Positions 37,830-51,590 of a DNA stretch of 64,000 bases are shown in pieces. The translations under genes were made by a program, and so were the position numbers. The first letter of the stretch is position 1. Every line of letters begins with the position of its first letter. The DNA comes from Nymphaea colorata (taxonomy: Eukaryota): assembly GCF_008831285.2 (NCBI RefSeq), contig NC_045138.2, positions 12,276,001-12,340,000 of the forward strand. The letters run 5' to 3'. A model generated the notes under the pieces. It saw only the letters and a program-made list of their open reading frames with translations, had not been told where the DNA came from and ran no database searches.

Positions 37830-40800
37830 TGAAAAACCTAAATTTTTTCATGCACTAAAATGACTATTTTACACATGTTCCATCTGTTTTTATTTTTGTT
37901 TCTAAAACAATTTGCAGCTTGTTTGGTTTGTGAGTCTATAACTGTTAGACCATCCCCAATAGGATTACCATTATCCCAAAGCTAGGAAACCCTAGCCCTT
38001 AGGTTAGTGCTAGGAAACTTTTACTATTTTACCCTTAAACCCTAGTAAACCTTTGAAAAAACCTTAATTGAGTACATTGACCTCAACCAACCCATTTGCA
38101 GCCTCTAGTTAGGTCACGTGGCATTCATTTTTGGTTTGTTGGCATTTTTTCTTGCCCATTTTAATTTAAAGCAACTCAATTGAACTCAGTGGGCCTCATT
38201 TCATAAAAACTGGCAAGTTTTTAGTCTCACTTTTCGTCCTCAGCTGAAACCAAGCCTAAGCCTATTCCTTGTAGTCTATCTAGCCTAACTTTACTGGTCA
38301 TGTAGTAGAATTGCCAAATTTTGGTTCTATTGAGTTCAGACTGTAAAAGGGCAGGTCACCCAACTACCAATTTTATCAGTTTCAGTCCAATTCCACCGTA
38401 GTTAGGTTGAAAAGACCAAACCTATAGCCTATTAGTCATGCTAAGAATAACTTAACCATAAGTTATTTCCAGTTAGTTCATTCCCAATTTAGTTTGATTG
38501 AGTTTCCAAGATATTTGAAAGTCAATGCCCTATTGTCTGACACTTCATTTCTAATGAATGTACTAAATTTCCTCATCATTCTATCATGTTCGCCCCTGCC
38601 AAGCAAGATAACTTCTTCATGAGTTCTTCTAACCTTCCTTTTCTTGATTTAAATTGCATTATCTATGATGAAGTAATTCCAATTCAACAAATTCTCTAAT
38701 CTTATCTACTTCATTCACTTAGTCATTTACTCTTATTTATGTCTAAAGCTTGTTCAAGCTTGATTTTCATGGGACTTTCTTATCTATCAATTGATAACAG
38801 TCCTCACATGACTGACCTAGGTGCCTTTAGCTCAGGACTCCAAAATTCAAACAGAACCAACCAAATTGGCCTTTTTCCCCATTTTGACCTTAACCTTTCC
38901 ATTTCTTTTTCATCCACATGTCGTGATTATGTCGTGATTAACACACGACCCTTTGAACATACCACACAACATTTTTCAAATCTTGTTTGAACCAGGTTAT
39001 GATCTATGATGTGGCACTTAACCCTTCCAAATTTGGAGACCAAATTCGACTGGTCACTATTTGAGGTAGGTCCAACCTAATGTAGCTCAAGAAACCTCAA
39101 CCTATCCAAAATAGCCGTGATAAGGCCCACAAACCCCAATTTTTAGAATCCTACCATAGTAGGTCCTATGAATCTTGATTTTTAAAACCTATCATAAACA
39201 GCTCCGGGAAGCCCATAGATCCTAGTTGAACCAAACTTGCTAGAGGTATCTCTAGTAAGACCTGTAAATCCTAATTGAACCAATCCTGCCAGAAATAGCC
39301 TCAGCAAGACCCACATATCCTATTTTAACCATACTTGCTAAAAATAGCCTCTGTTGGTACTGCAGATCCCAATTCAATCAAAGTCATCAAATTTAGTTCC
39401 ATAAAACCCATTCAAGCCAATCTACCTATACATGCCTGATTTGGATTACGGTGGGGCCCACTGAACTCAATTTTTTGAAACCTACCTGATTTAGAGCATC
39501 ATGATAATTTCCAACCATTTCAATAAAGATTGAACCTGGGTCATCCCACTAAACCTCTTTTGCTAGTGCAGATTTGGTCAATTCAGCTTAGGTCACCTAG
39601 TCTTGCCTAAAATAACTTTCCCCTACTCCAAGACTAGTTGAGCCCAGTCTCACCTTGCCTTCTGCCCACTTCAATTTCCAACCCAGTAAGCTTAAACCTA
39701 CTGTACCCAGTTCCTGAAACCAGTTTCAGCTTGACAAGGTTTGGTCAATTTAACCTAATTTTACTAAAATATGTTGTAGTTTGACAAGAAGTTGACTTAG
39801 GCTCAGTCAACTGAACCTTGTTCACTCAAACTACTTCTAGTTTGACCTGATCGATCCAGACTTAGTCAAACAGATGTAGACCAAACCTACTTGGATTAGT
39901 GGGACCCAAGAGGGGGTGTCCCCCATTACAAACCAAACCTGTATCCAGAGTTGCCATTTGGGATCACAATTGAATATTCATTTTAGATCTATACCTAACC
40001 CAAATCTCCATTGCAGATCTTAATTTGGATATCTAATTCAATATTTTATTTCGATTTTGAGTCCAAATCTCTTTATCAATTTTAGATCATAATCCAAGAT
40101 GTATTTGAATCCAAGTCCAAAATCTTAATCATCTAGTTGATGTCACGTGTCATAGAATTAATCAGAACCATGGATCTCAAGGTTTAATATTTTCTGAGGC
40201 TCTTTATATTACAAATAAGGAAGGAGGTGCCCCCACCCTTTTTCTTCCAAAAGTGTCATTATTTATCATTATGAATAGAGTAGAGTGGGGGAGGGGGGAT
40301 GTCCCTCATAGTTCTAACTCTTTCTTTCTTTCATATACTATATCTCCTCCTTGTTAAGTTTCTAAAGTTACCTATATGGCCCATTGATAGCTGTCTCTCT
40401 TGTTCTCTCTCAAGTTCAAGAGGCCTTGACACCCCAAGGAGAATCCCTTATGCACATCTAATAGTAAGAGGGAATGAAGAAGAAGAAGAAGAATAAGAAC
40501 AAGGAGTAGCCCACATCGAAGGTAGGCCATTCTCTTCTCTCTCTCCCTCTTTTTTCCTCACCATGCATGTTGCATGAAGTCTCCATAGGCTTCATTCTTT
40601 GTTTTGTCTTCTATTTTATGACCATTAATGGGAAGAAGAGTCTACATTTTTAGACAAAGCTCCTTCCCATGGTCAAAATGTTGTTTTCTTTTCTACCATT
40701 ATTTTGTCACTTTCCCTTGTTAGTGGTTATAGTAAAAAGGTTGAAACCACCTATATGGACATTAGCTCCCCATGAATCCTTTGGCACAAATCTTTAAACA

Positions 40801-42960
40801 TTTTAATAGTTGTTTTTCATTTGTGTTGTGTGTTATTAATGCTATGGCCATTAAGAAGTGGAGACCACCTTTATGGATGTGGCTTCCTCTGGGTGAACAT
40901 GAAATCATTGTTATTTTCTTTATTACATCTCATATCATTCATGATTTTTGGTGGATCTTCAAATTATGGTCAATATATGATTAACTTAATCCATGCAAAG
41001 TTGTTTCATGCATTCAGGTTTGCTTCTTTAGTTTCTACATGTCATGTTTATGTTAACTTTACTTTTGCATGCATATGTGTGTTATTTTTGTTTGCTTCAT
41101 GTGCGATTAGTGTACACATGTTTCATTTCAGGATTTGCAAGTGTTTCACATGTTAATTTTTGGTACTCGTTAATGTTCTATGTTTTGGGGATCTAGCTTC
41201 TTGAGATAAGGTCAAACTCTGTTCTCTAATGAATCCAAATTTGTGCCTAACTAGGATCTATTGTTTCATATATCAAGAGTCTGCCCAGGTGATTTCAGGT
41301 CCATTCAAATTCATTTAGTTTGATAAATGCTGCCCCAAAGTCAACCGTTTGTTCATGTAACCATCCGAGTCGTGCTTCCTATTTTTCTGTTTTGCAAAAA
41401 ACAAAGACTTTAACATCTTGATTCAACACCTAATCTTTGTTTTGGTTTAGATATGCATAGTGTAATGTTTTGGCCTTTTTTGCTCATGCGTTTAGGTTGT
41501 ATCATCAAATTTTGTGGTCCGTGAAGCTCATTTTAAACAAATTTCAAGTAGTTTTCAAAAACTAGATCTTTATGTTATGTTTTCATTACAGATAAGATGT
41601 CTATACTTTTCTTTCTTTCTTATTTGCGTTATAGGTTGGATTTTCACATGTTATCCTTGTGGCAGGTATTCCCAACATGGATTGATAGTTCTTATTTCAT
41701 TTATGAGGTTTTGGTGAGTCGCATGGACAAGTCCTTCAACATGTTATGCTATACTCCATTCTAGTACAACCCATAACAAATTTAACATTTGTTTATCCAT
41801 TTGTTGTGTGTAGGGGAGTTATTTTTCATGTTCCACTTGGAAATCATGGATGATAACACATCATGTTGCACCTATTTGTGCTTTATTATATCACAATATA
41901 TGACATCATGTCTTCATGCATTCACATAGATTTCTAGGACTTGATTGAGGGAAACAAATGTGTAACTGAGGGACATTCTCAATGACCTTCTCATGTCATC
42001 GAGAAATCCCATATCACGTATATGTTCCAGTTTCTAGTTTTGCTCATTATGTTAATTTCTAGATTAGATCACATTGCATGTAGTTTGCTTTTAAGTTGTA
42101 TTTGTGTGGAAAGGTTTGTCATTCATGCACACACTTGGATTTTCTAATTATTCATGTGTTAGTGATACACAAATGCCATCACACATAAGCACCACCCTCT
42201 TAGAAACCAATGTGGGTTGGACACTATCAATGTAGTTATTTGGGGATTTATACCTAGAGAAAGTCGAATGCGTTGGTATCTTCTATGGCATAATTTCAAA
42301 CAAGCATAATCAATTTCAGCATGTTACAAGGTGGATGTCAACTTTATTTTCAAAATTCAAGTTTTTACCTTGGTTTCAAATGCTATTTTCAACTTGTCTT
42401 CCAAAATTACTTTCCAAAATGTCATTTTCCAGGAATGTTCGAAATTGCTTTAGAACATGTTTTTCAAACTCATTTAAACTTCAGGATCAATTTTGAAATC
42501 ATATTCCAATTTTTATTTCCAATCCAATTTCTAAAATGCATGCATCACGTAGATGTAGTTTGAATGCCATGACCCCATGATGATTAGGGCATTTTGGGCA
42601 TGCTATAGCTGATCCCTTGAGGGCCATTTAGTTTTACAAAAGCAATTCAATTTCAAATTTTAAGGACATATGAATTACATATCACCTGCTATTTTTTAAG
42701 ATTGAAATATAACATTGATAAAAGTTAGACATTAAGCATTGTTTTCTAAACCTTTGGTTGGTAACCCATAGTAAAAGTGATTGGAATGGTCAATCCTAAT
42801 ACCAATAAGATATGTCCTGCCTCTTTTTGAATGGAACAGAGATGAGTATCTTTCATTTTCTCCATCAAGATTACATGCAAGTTTTTCCTCTCAAGAAATT
42901 TTGCATATAAACACAAGGCATAAAAACTGGGTTCTCTGACTTGTGTGGGTCATCGAACCA
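37830..42960 (+). mobile_element. Long (~5 kb) 3' LTR, family B (Tat/Ogre-like)
   Basis: PPT-like gaagaggggca before TG at 37830; homology to 53790-56600, 479-2450 and minus-strand copies; ggaatggtcaatcc...accaat motif at ~42783 is shared with the family-A LTR end (~62143). Right boundary uncertain. Confidence 0.6.
39100..39480 (+). repeat. Degenerate ~49-bp tandem repeats inside LTR B
   Basis: Recurring aaatagcctc...ccacagatcc...aacc units; counterpart array at ~54260-54800. Confidence 0.6.
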
Positions 42961-42999
42961 TACCTCGAGATGGATTCACTCAAGTTGTCTGCATGTGCC

Positions 43000-45900
43000 A
43001 AGTTTCATATCAAAACTTCATTGTTTTTCCTTTAAAATCACATTTGTGTAAATCAAAGTTAGGGTAAGCTAGGAAATAGAGTTGAGTTGTGCACAAATCT
43101 CAATCAAATAGAGATTTTAACACAATTTGATGAAGAAACCAAAACTAAACACCATAAAGTTGAGTTGTGCACTAAGTGAGATGTCTAGAACTGGACAACC
43201 CTTAGTGAAATTGTGAAACCAGAAGTGATTTCAATTAGGGAAGGCTGAACTCGAATTGAGCTGGAACTAAGCTCAGATCCTACCAAATAAGTCAGAGAGT
43301 GACACTATAGAATCAAGCATCTCAGCCTAGAACTGAAATCTAGATTGTAGAACTCAAAGTAACTCAGGTTTTAGATAGGATACATTGAGGTGATCCTAAC
43401 TTGAGCTCGACCAGGTCAAAAGGATCTCCTGGTGGTCATGTTCTTCTTCAATGAGCTTCCTTGGGTCAGAGTGTACTGGTTTACATGTAAACTAGTGAGT
43501 TGCCTCTAACAGTTCTTGAAGACATGTAAAGGTGAGAATTACCTAATTCAGCTGTTCCTAGGCCTTTCATAGTTAAAGGCAAAAAGGTCATTTGACAAGG
43601 TGGTGGCACACTAGCAGGCTCAGACAATTAAAATCAGCAGTAGCTCCATAATATTTTATAGATATATACCTAGATTAAACCCAATGTTTGTGACATTGAC
43701 TTGTCAACATAGGTTCCAAGAGAGAAAATTACAATATTTTTTTGTGTGAAACCATTTAAGAGGGAAAATACTTTTCAAATAGCTCTTGAATTGAGAGGGG
43801 TTGTATTTGATATTAGACACTATGTGAACATGAATTATTCCCTCTCAATTCGTCATTGTTTACAAGCAAAATTTTCAACGTTACATATATACTTCAGAAA
43901 TGGGACAATGAATTACCTATACTCGCCTCTGTTCTCTCATGCAGGAATCCAAAAGATGGGACCCAAACTATCAGTACATGTTTTGACTATTCCCAACATG
44001 TTTACTATAGATATCAGACCAATGACTAGATATTGTGTTTGACAATCTAGATTCTGAAAGATGATTGTTTTGAAATATAAATGAATCGTCGTTAATAGGA
44101 CTTATCATCCAACAAAAACTGAAAATGGTACTTGGTTCATATATGGCTCATCATTGATCCATGCAAATGAGCTTAACCTAATATATATGCTTATAATTAA
44201 GTTATGCATAGTCAAGATCCAGTTTCTAGGGTTTCATAAGACATGACCTAAGAAAATAGATTCAATTCATGATCTTAGTTCCACCCGGGAATTCATGGTT
44301 GGAAATTTGAGTTACTTGATCTGAGATGCAAATTTGTGATATGGATATACCTAGAGCTTGTGCAATGATTTAAACATGATTCACTTGGAAATCCATAATA
44401 TTTGAGTTACTTCATCTAAGATCCAAATTTGCAATAGAGATCAATCTAGAGCTTGTGCAATGATTAAACATGACATCCAACGTATTTGGATTCTCTTCCA
44501 AATCCAGATTCAATACAAAATTCGCTATTATCATGTCAGGAGATCCAAAATCCAAATTAAAATTCTAAATCCAATTTTATTATTTCAGATGTAAATCCGA
44601 TCCTTAAGATCCAAACTCCTAAACTTGAAATCCATGATACACTTGTGAGTTCTAGGTCCAATTTGATATCCAAAATCTGAATTCAAGATCCAATCACCAA
44701 ATCTAGTCTAGGATCCAATATCCTAGGCTCACATCTATATCCAATTGCATTGTGAGGTCTATATCCAAAATTTAAGAGTCAACATCAACTTGTTTCAGAT
44801 CTAGAATCCAATTTAAAAGATATGGCTTCATATTCATGGTTTCAAATAAGATGGTGTTAGGTTTAGACTTGACTAAGGTGTATTGTATCAACTTCTGGGG
44901 CCGCTTTATACTAGGCACTAGAGGACATGGGTGTGGGTCAACTCCAGGTTTAGATCTTGACTAAACATGAACCTTGGGTTTTAGAGGACCTGTTATGAGA
45001 AGCTTGATTCAGCAATCATTTTGGAAATTCATGATCAATAAGGTGCACTTAATTAGATGTCAGCCTAAAATTGGCTTATTCATCTACACAAATATACCAT
45101 CAAGAGCCCATCATTCACCTCATTCATTATAAATTATAATTAAAATGTGCATGTGCATTATGTAAATCAAGTATGCATGCTTACATCTATGCATGATATG
45201 ATTAACTTGACTTGGACACTCTATGAAACATGCATGAAATACAACATGAAATTAAAGATTGAAATTAAAACTGAAATTAAATAAGATAAAGGAAATGATT
45301 GACATACCTGATCTCTACACCTAGTTTAGAGATAAAAAAAATAAGCTATCCACAGAAGTAGGGAAATAATAAGACTGCAGATGCTTAAGGCAAAATTAAA
45401 ACTATCATAAACTAAAATAGTTAATAAACTAAAATAAGAATGTAAAAGTAGAAAAAGGAAAACTTGGATGCTGTCCAAGAAGCCACAAACAAAAGAAAAA
45501 AACTAGAAATAAGAAAAAAAAAAGAGGAAAGAAAAAATTACATGACTTGGACATCCCTGAAGCTTGAGCCCTCTTTTTGTGCACGAGCCTGGTTCTCCAA
45601 GACCGAGCTTGGTGAGCCTGGCTTATCACTACCAATAACTGAACCAAGGACCTGATTTACACTCTAAATAAACTTTCACTAGATTTACTATGCTCTCTTG
45701 AGTTTTGAAGGTTGTTCCTTAGGGAGATGAGTTCCCCTTTTATTGGCACTTGGTAGAGAGGATTTCTTTCCTCCCATCAATATGGGACTAAATTTTGGGC
45801 CTCAAAATTTGTGCCCGTGAACCATGTATTAAGCACAAAAATCTTGCATTATATCATGAATATTTTGGGTTTAAACAGTATTTTGCTCATTTTATGTTCA

Positions 45901-47620
45901 ATTGTGCATGAAAATCAGTTTTGATTGAAGAAGATGATTTGCAGATAATTCTGCACTGTTCATGTAAGAGACTAACACAGTTCTTGTTAACATGTTGCAT
46001 GGACTATGATATTGAGATAGAATATTGACATGGAACCTTGTATAAAATTAAGACATATATATGTCACCAATATGCATGTGTCCAAGTTCATTCAATCCAA
46101 ATCATGGAACTAGACATGACTTTGTGATCCAGAGCAAGTTTTGGATCCAAAAAAAAGATTCTAGAAAATGAATCTAGACGTGGCACGTGATCTGAAGTGG
46201 AGATCTGCAACATAAATCTGACTTGAGATCCAAACCTTAAGTAGATATGAATTACATATCTAGAAATTGATCTATAGATCTGGATAGAAATGGTTGGATT
46301 TGGGGTGCCCTGACTTGACTGACTCTAGGCTAGTTGGGTTTAGATTTAGTCAGTGCATTGATGACTTGGGGTAGGTTCAGGTTTTTAGTAAGTCTAGACT
46401 TAAGCTAGATGCAAGTTCAACTAGGGTTAATTGAGTAGGCTCAATATGTTCAATCAAACTTGAATCAGCCACAGGATGGGTGCATGCAGCTTTCTAACTT
46501 AGACACATGTAGTTCTAACTTATGTTCATGAAGAAACAATGCATGTATGGAAAATGGACAGTTCTGCCTCTAGCATAGAAACTAGTCCTACACGTCATGT
46601 GGGTAGACCAACTACACCAGGACGTGAGTGAGATTCAGTTCCAAGGGCATGCTGGGTTCCAGGTGAAAATTCCATTGTTTGCCTCTTAAAAAATGTATCT
46701 TGTCTAGACTAACATGGATCAAAATTACACATTTAGAATAATCGTGAACGGCAAAATAGGAAAACAAGATCTGAGAAACATCAACCCAAACTGAACTCAG
46801 AAATATTCTATTCAAGTGTATCTGATCACAACAATATGAAGAAAATGAGAAACTAATTCTTGAATTGATAAAAAATGAGCTCATAAGTTGAGCTCCACTC
46901 TAAGTAACATGTCTAGAACTGGACAACCTTAGTGCATAGGTATAAATGAAATGGAGCTCAATGCAGGATGAATTAACTTGAATGGAGTTAAGAATACTCA
47001 AATCCTATACTAGAAAACATGGTTCCAGCTTAGTACAAGCTGAATTGTTTTGGTTGAGCTGAAGTTGAGCTCAAAACTTGCTAAAAGAATGAGAGTGACT
47101 TTGTGCTTATCAGAGCAATTGCTCTAGAAATGAAACTTGAAACTTGGAGCCAAAATAAACATTGAAAATACATAGATCACACTGAGAGGACCCTAGCTTG
47201 TGCTCAGCCAAGTCTGAGATAATCTTAGTGAGCTATACATGACAAGTGACTTGAGTTAGAGTGAGCTAGTCTGAGCTAAAGAAAAGCTAGCATGTTGATT
47301 ATAACAATTCATGTAGCCTTGTAAGGTTATGACTACTCTGACTAAGCTGGTTTTGGCAATTTTTTGAGTTCCTGAAGGTTTTTTAAGATTTAGGGCAAAA
47401 TAGGAAGATTCAAGGGAAAAATGGTCATTTGAAAAGACTTGCTGACTTGGCAGCTCTAGCTTTGCTTGTTCTTGAGGTTAGGTACCTAAATGATATAAGT
47501 TTATCCTCTGTTTAGGAGGACAGCCCCTTTAGAGTTAAAATGCTTGTAGAAAACCTACTAAAAACTACACTGTGAGGGTAAAATGGTCATTTGTATGTAT
47601 GAAAAAAGTTTGTGATTACA
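43000..47620 (-). mobile_element. Minus-strand LTR fragments related to family B (at least two partial copies)
   Basis: 43160-43420 matches 46885-47215 (atgtctagaactggacaacc); TGTAATCAC start at 47620 followed by aaatgaccatttt, as near 37830; ~95-bp tandem duplication at 44299-44475. Confidence 0.55.
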
Positions 47621-48390
47621 AATCTGTTACACTTAGTGGCAAAGACTAAACACAACAAATTTTGAAAAAAATAAAATAAAAAGATGCCCTAGTTTGGAAA
47701 ATGGCTTAATTTGATGAGAGATGCTTGTGTTGAAGTGCTTGTTCAAATCATTGTTTAAAAAATATGCCCTTGTTTGAAACCAATGTATTGTTGTAAGAGA
47801 TATTTGTCAAAATATTGCTCAAGAGATTGTTTAAAAGATGTCCTTAGTAGGGAATAAATTGCATGGAAGTTTTTTGAAGAGTTCATCTTGTGATGTCAAA
47901 GCTTCACCCACTTTAAATTTTGTATCCCATAGAGATATGTTGTCCAAGAGTTAGAATTTGCTAGAATCAATGACATCAAGCATTGTAATTTCCTTCTATT
48001 TCCATGACATGAGGATAGAAAAATTATTTTTGATTTCGTGGGGCATCTTATACGATCAGTCACAATCTTGATGTCATCTGGCCATTGGAGACTTTGTGAT
48101 TTTGGTGGTAAACTTAAGTCCTTATTCTTCAGGCGGACATTCTCTCTTATAAGTTTTTTATTGTCTTTTGATTTTTCTTGTGACTTAGCAATTTTGGCTT
48201 CTTTTCTTTTCAACTCTTTGATTTTCGTTGACTTTTTTATATCCTTCTTTTGCTAGGGAATAATATCTCACTACCCCATAGGCTACCCCAAAGCTCCATT
48301 ACTTTGTTGGTTGTCCATAGTCCAGTCATGTGTAGTGTCATGCCTCTCGTTATTTTCTACTAAACTCATGTTGTGAACTTCAGGCTGAAA

Positions 48391-48402
48391 GCTCTAATAC
48401 CA
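48391..48402 (-). promoter_or_regulatory. Orphan iMet-type PBS with adjacent LTR remnant (~48405-49320)
   Basis: gctctaatacca; the TG-rich tract 48920-49270 resembles 56660-57400. Confidence 0.45.
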
Positions 48403-49320
48403 GCTGGCCTGGGGTAACAAGAGTAGAACATCTGTTAAACTTACTCAAGTTTATAAGACTTTGAAGGACATAACTAATCAGATGTTTATAAGTCACATAA
48501 CTTCATAGAACGGGTGCAAATCAAGCTTTAGATTTACCTGATACTCTCAAATACTGACCTATAAGAACATCTATGTTTGCCGCAAGCCTATCTCTCAATG
48601 CTCATTTGCAATGTCAAACCTGGTTAGCTCATATTAGTTTAAGTCATTATTTTGACACAGATTTTACATGGTTTTTGCATCTGATTGGTCATAAAAGCTA
48701 GTGACATTTTCTAAATTTTGACTTCCTCCATTTTAGGGGATGTTTCTCACAGTTTATATCATAATCTTGTCAGGATTCATCTCTTCAAACATGTTTATCA
48801 TGATTATAAATTATCATTCTAATGACATTGACAAGTTCTCATCAAGGTATGAACAATGAAAGTTCATGATGTTGTCTCATCAAACGACACTTCAAAATTC
48901 ATCTTGGAATTTCATTTTTAGGATTTTTGGTATGAGTGCTTGTATAATTTTGGTGTGTGCATGTATGTATACCTATACAGTTATAGATGTATGTCTACTT
49001 GTAAATGCTTGTACTCTTATAAATACTTTCATGCTTGGGCTCATGTAAATGCATGTGTACTTCTAAATACTTGTGTTTCTAAGTGTAGAATTTACACTTG
49101 TGGGTTATCGTGTTCATTTGCCTGGGTACCTGTGAACTTGTTAGCTTGTAACGGCAGGTAGATGTTGATTCATGCTTTTAAGAGATCCTTGTGAGTTTAA
49201 AATTCCTTAGAATTTTCTCTTGGGGTTTGAAACTTGTGGGCATTATGAAATTCTTGATGTTTTCCTGAAATTTTCTTCTTATTCAAAAAATGATTACCAA
49301 AACAAATGTTCTGAAATATC

Positions 49321-51590
49321 TTTGTAATGTCTTTCTATTCCATTTTTCATGTTCTAAAAAAGATGCCCCAACATGAGGGCAGCAATGAGAACGTTGAGGT
49401 CAAATGAGAGAGAGAAAAAGAGATGAGTCTGGTCATTAAAAGAATATATTTCATTGGGGATAGGTACATTGAAGTTATATTAAAAAGGAAAAATCTTCAA
49501 ATGAAGAACATTTATAAGATTTGGCAGTTCAGCTCCATTGGCATTAGTCAACCTATAAGAGTTTGCAAGGAGGACTTCCTTGATCACGTAAAGACCATTC
49601 CAATTTGAGCCCACTTTCTATGTGGATGATGCTTCCATAGAATAGAATATTTGAGAGCCATTTTTTTTCCTTTGAACGTGTGCTCTATGATAGACTTAAC
49701 ATAATGTCGAGTCACTCTCTATCGATAGGATTTTGCATGTTTTGTTACTTGCAACTTTTCATCCAAGAGATCCAATTGTACCATTATCTACCTTTGCTAA
49801 TGCACAATTCAACTAAAGATTTGGCCTTTGAAAATGATTGATGGGAAATTCAACTAAAGACACACACTTCAATGTAGAATATTGTACAAATAATGGCAAG
49901 ACAACATCCATTCCATATACAAATTCAGCATGAGTAGGATTGGTGGGAGTTCGAATGGTGGATCTCTAAGCCTAGAATGCATCATGAATCTTCTTGTATT
50001 AGTTGTGGCTTGTTTCCAAGATCATTTTCAATATTCTGATTAGAATCCTATTGGTGAATTTGCTGACCATTTCCTTGAAAATAATATGCAACATAGAAGT
50101 GATGCTTGATCCTAAACTTGGTATAGAAACCCCTTAGCCTTTCATTCTTGAACTGAGTACTGTTGTCTGAGACAATGTCATGTGGCACTTCAAATCTTCA
50201 CATGATGTCCTTATAGATGAATAATACAACATGTTTTGTCTCTATAATTATGATAGTGACATCTTCAACCGACTTGGTAAAGTATTTTGTCACCACCAAG
50301 AAGTATTTGTGTCTATTAGAAGCAGATCGGTTAATGGGATCCACCACATTGAATGTCTGCATAGAAAAGAGTCATGGCGATACTATTGAATGTAAAGAGA
50401 CCACCAGTACGTGATTTGAATTGCCTTGCATCTGGCATTTGAGGTATCTCTTAACATGCTTTGTAATGTCATTCTATTCCATTTTTCATGTTCTAAAAAA
50501 GATGCCCCAACATGAGGGCAGCAATGAGAACGTTGAGGTCATAAGAGAGAGAAAAAGAGATAAGTCTGGTCCTTGAAAGAATATATTTCGTTGGGGATAG
50601 GTACATGGAAGTTATACTAAAAAAAATTCTTCAAGTGAAGAACATTTATAAGATTTGACAGTTCGGCTCCATTGGCATTAGTCAACCTGTAAGAGTTTGC
50701 AAGGAGGACTCTCTTGATCACGTAAAGACCATTCCAATTCGGGGCTACTTTCTATGTGAATGATGTTTCCATAGTATAGAATTTGAGAACCATTTTGTTT
50801 TCTTTGAACTTGTGCTCTATGATAGACTTATCATAATGTCAGTCACTCATTATCGATAGGATTTTGCTTGTTTTGTTATTTGCAATCTCTTTCCATCCAA
50901 GAGATCCAATTGTGCCATTGTCTTTGGTAATGAGAAATACAACTAAAGATTTGGCCTTTAAAAATGATCAATGGAAAATTCAACTAAAGACACGCATTTC
51001 AATGTAGACTTTTGTACATATAGTGGCAAGACAACATCCATCCCATATACAAGTTCAGCATGATTAGGATTGGTGGGAGTTCTAAAGGTGGATTTGTAAG
51101 CCTAGAGTGTATCATCAATCTTCTTGTATTAGTTGTGGCTTGTTTCCAAGATTATTTTCAATATTCTGATCAGAATCCTATTGGTATATTTGCTGACCAT
51201 TTCCTTGAAGATACTATGCAACATAGAAGTGATGCTTGATCCAAAACTTGGTATAGAAACCCATCACCCTTTCATTCTTGAACTGAGTACTGTTGTCTAA
51301 GACAATGTCATGTGGCACTTCAAATCATCACATGATGTTCTTATCAATGAATAATACAACATGTTGTTCTCTACAATTATGAGAGTGACAACTTCAACCG
51401 ACTTGGTAAAGTATTTTGTCACTGCCAAGAAGTACTTATGTCAATTAGATGCAAATGGGTTAATGGGACCCACCACATTGAATGTCTGCACAGAAAAGAG
51501 TCATGGTGATACTATTGAATGTAAAGATACCACCAGTATGTGATTTGAATTGCCTTGCATCTAGCATTTGAGGCATCTCTTCACATGCTT
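49321..51590. repeat. ~1.14-kb tandem duplication of the integrase C-terminal region and downstream sequence
   Basis: ttgtaatgtc.ttctattccatttttcatgttctaaaaaagatgccccaac at 49322 and 50461; ORFs at 50217 and 51361 are paralogous. Confidence 0.93.

Noticed and set aside
47890..48260. Possible retroelement protease/pol fragment on the minus strand
   Set aside because: No diagnostic motif recovered; too decayed to call.
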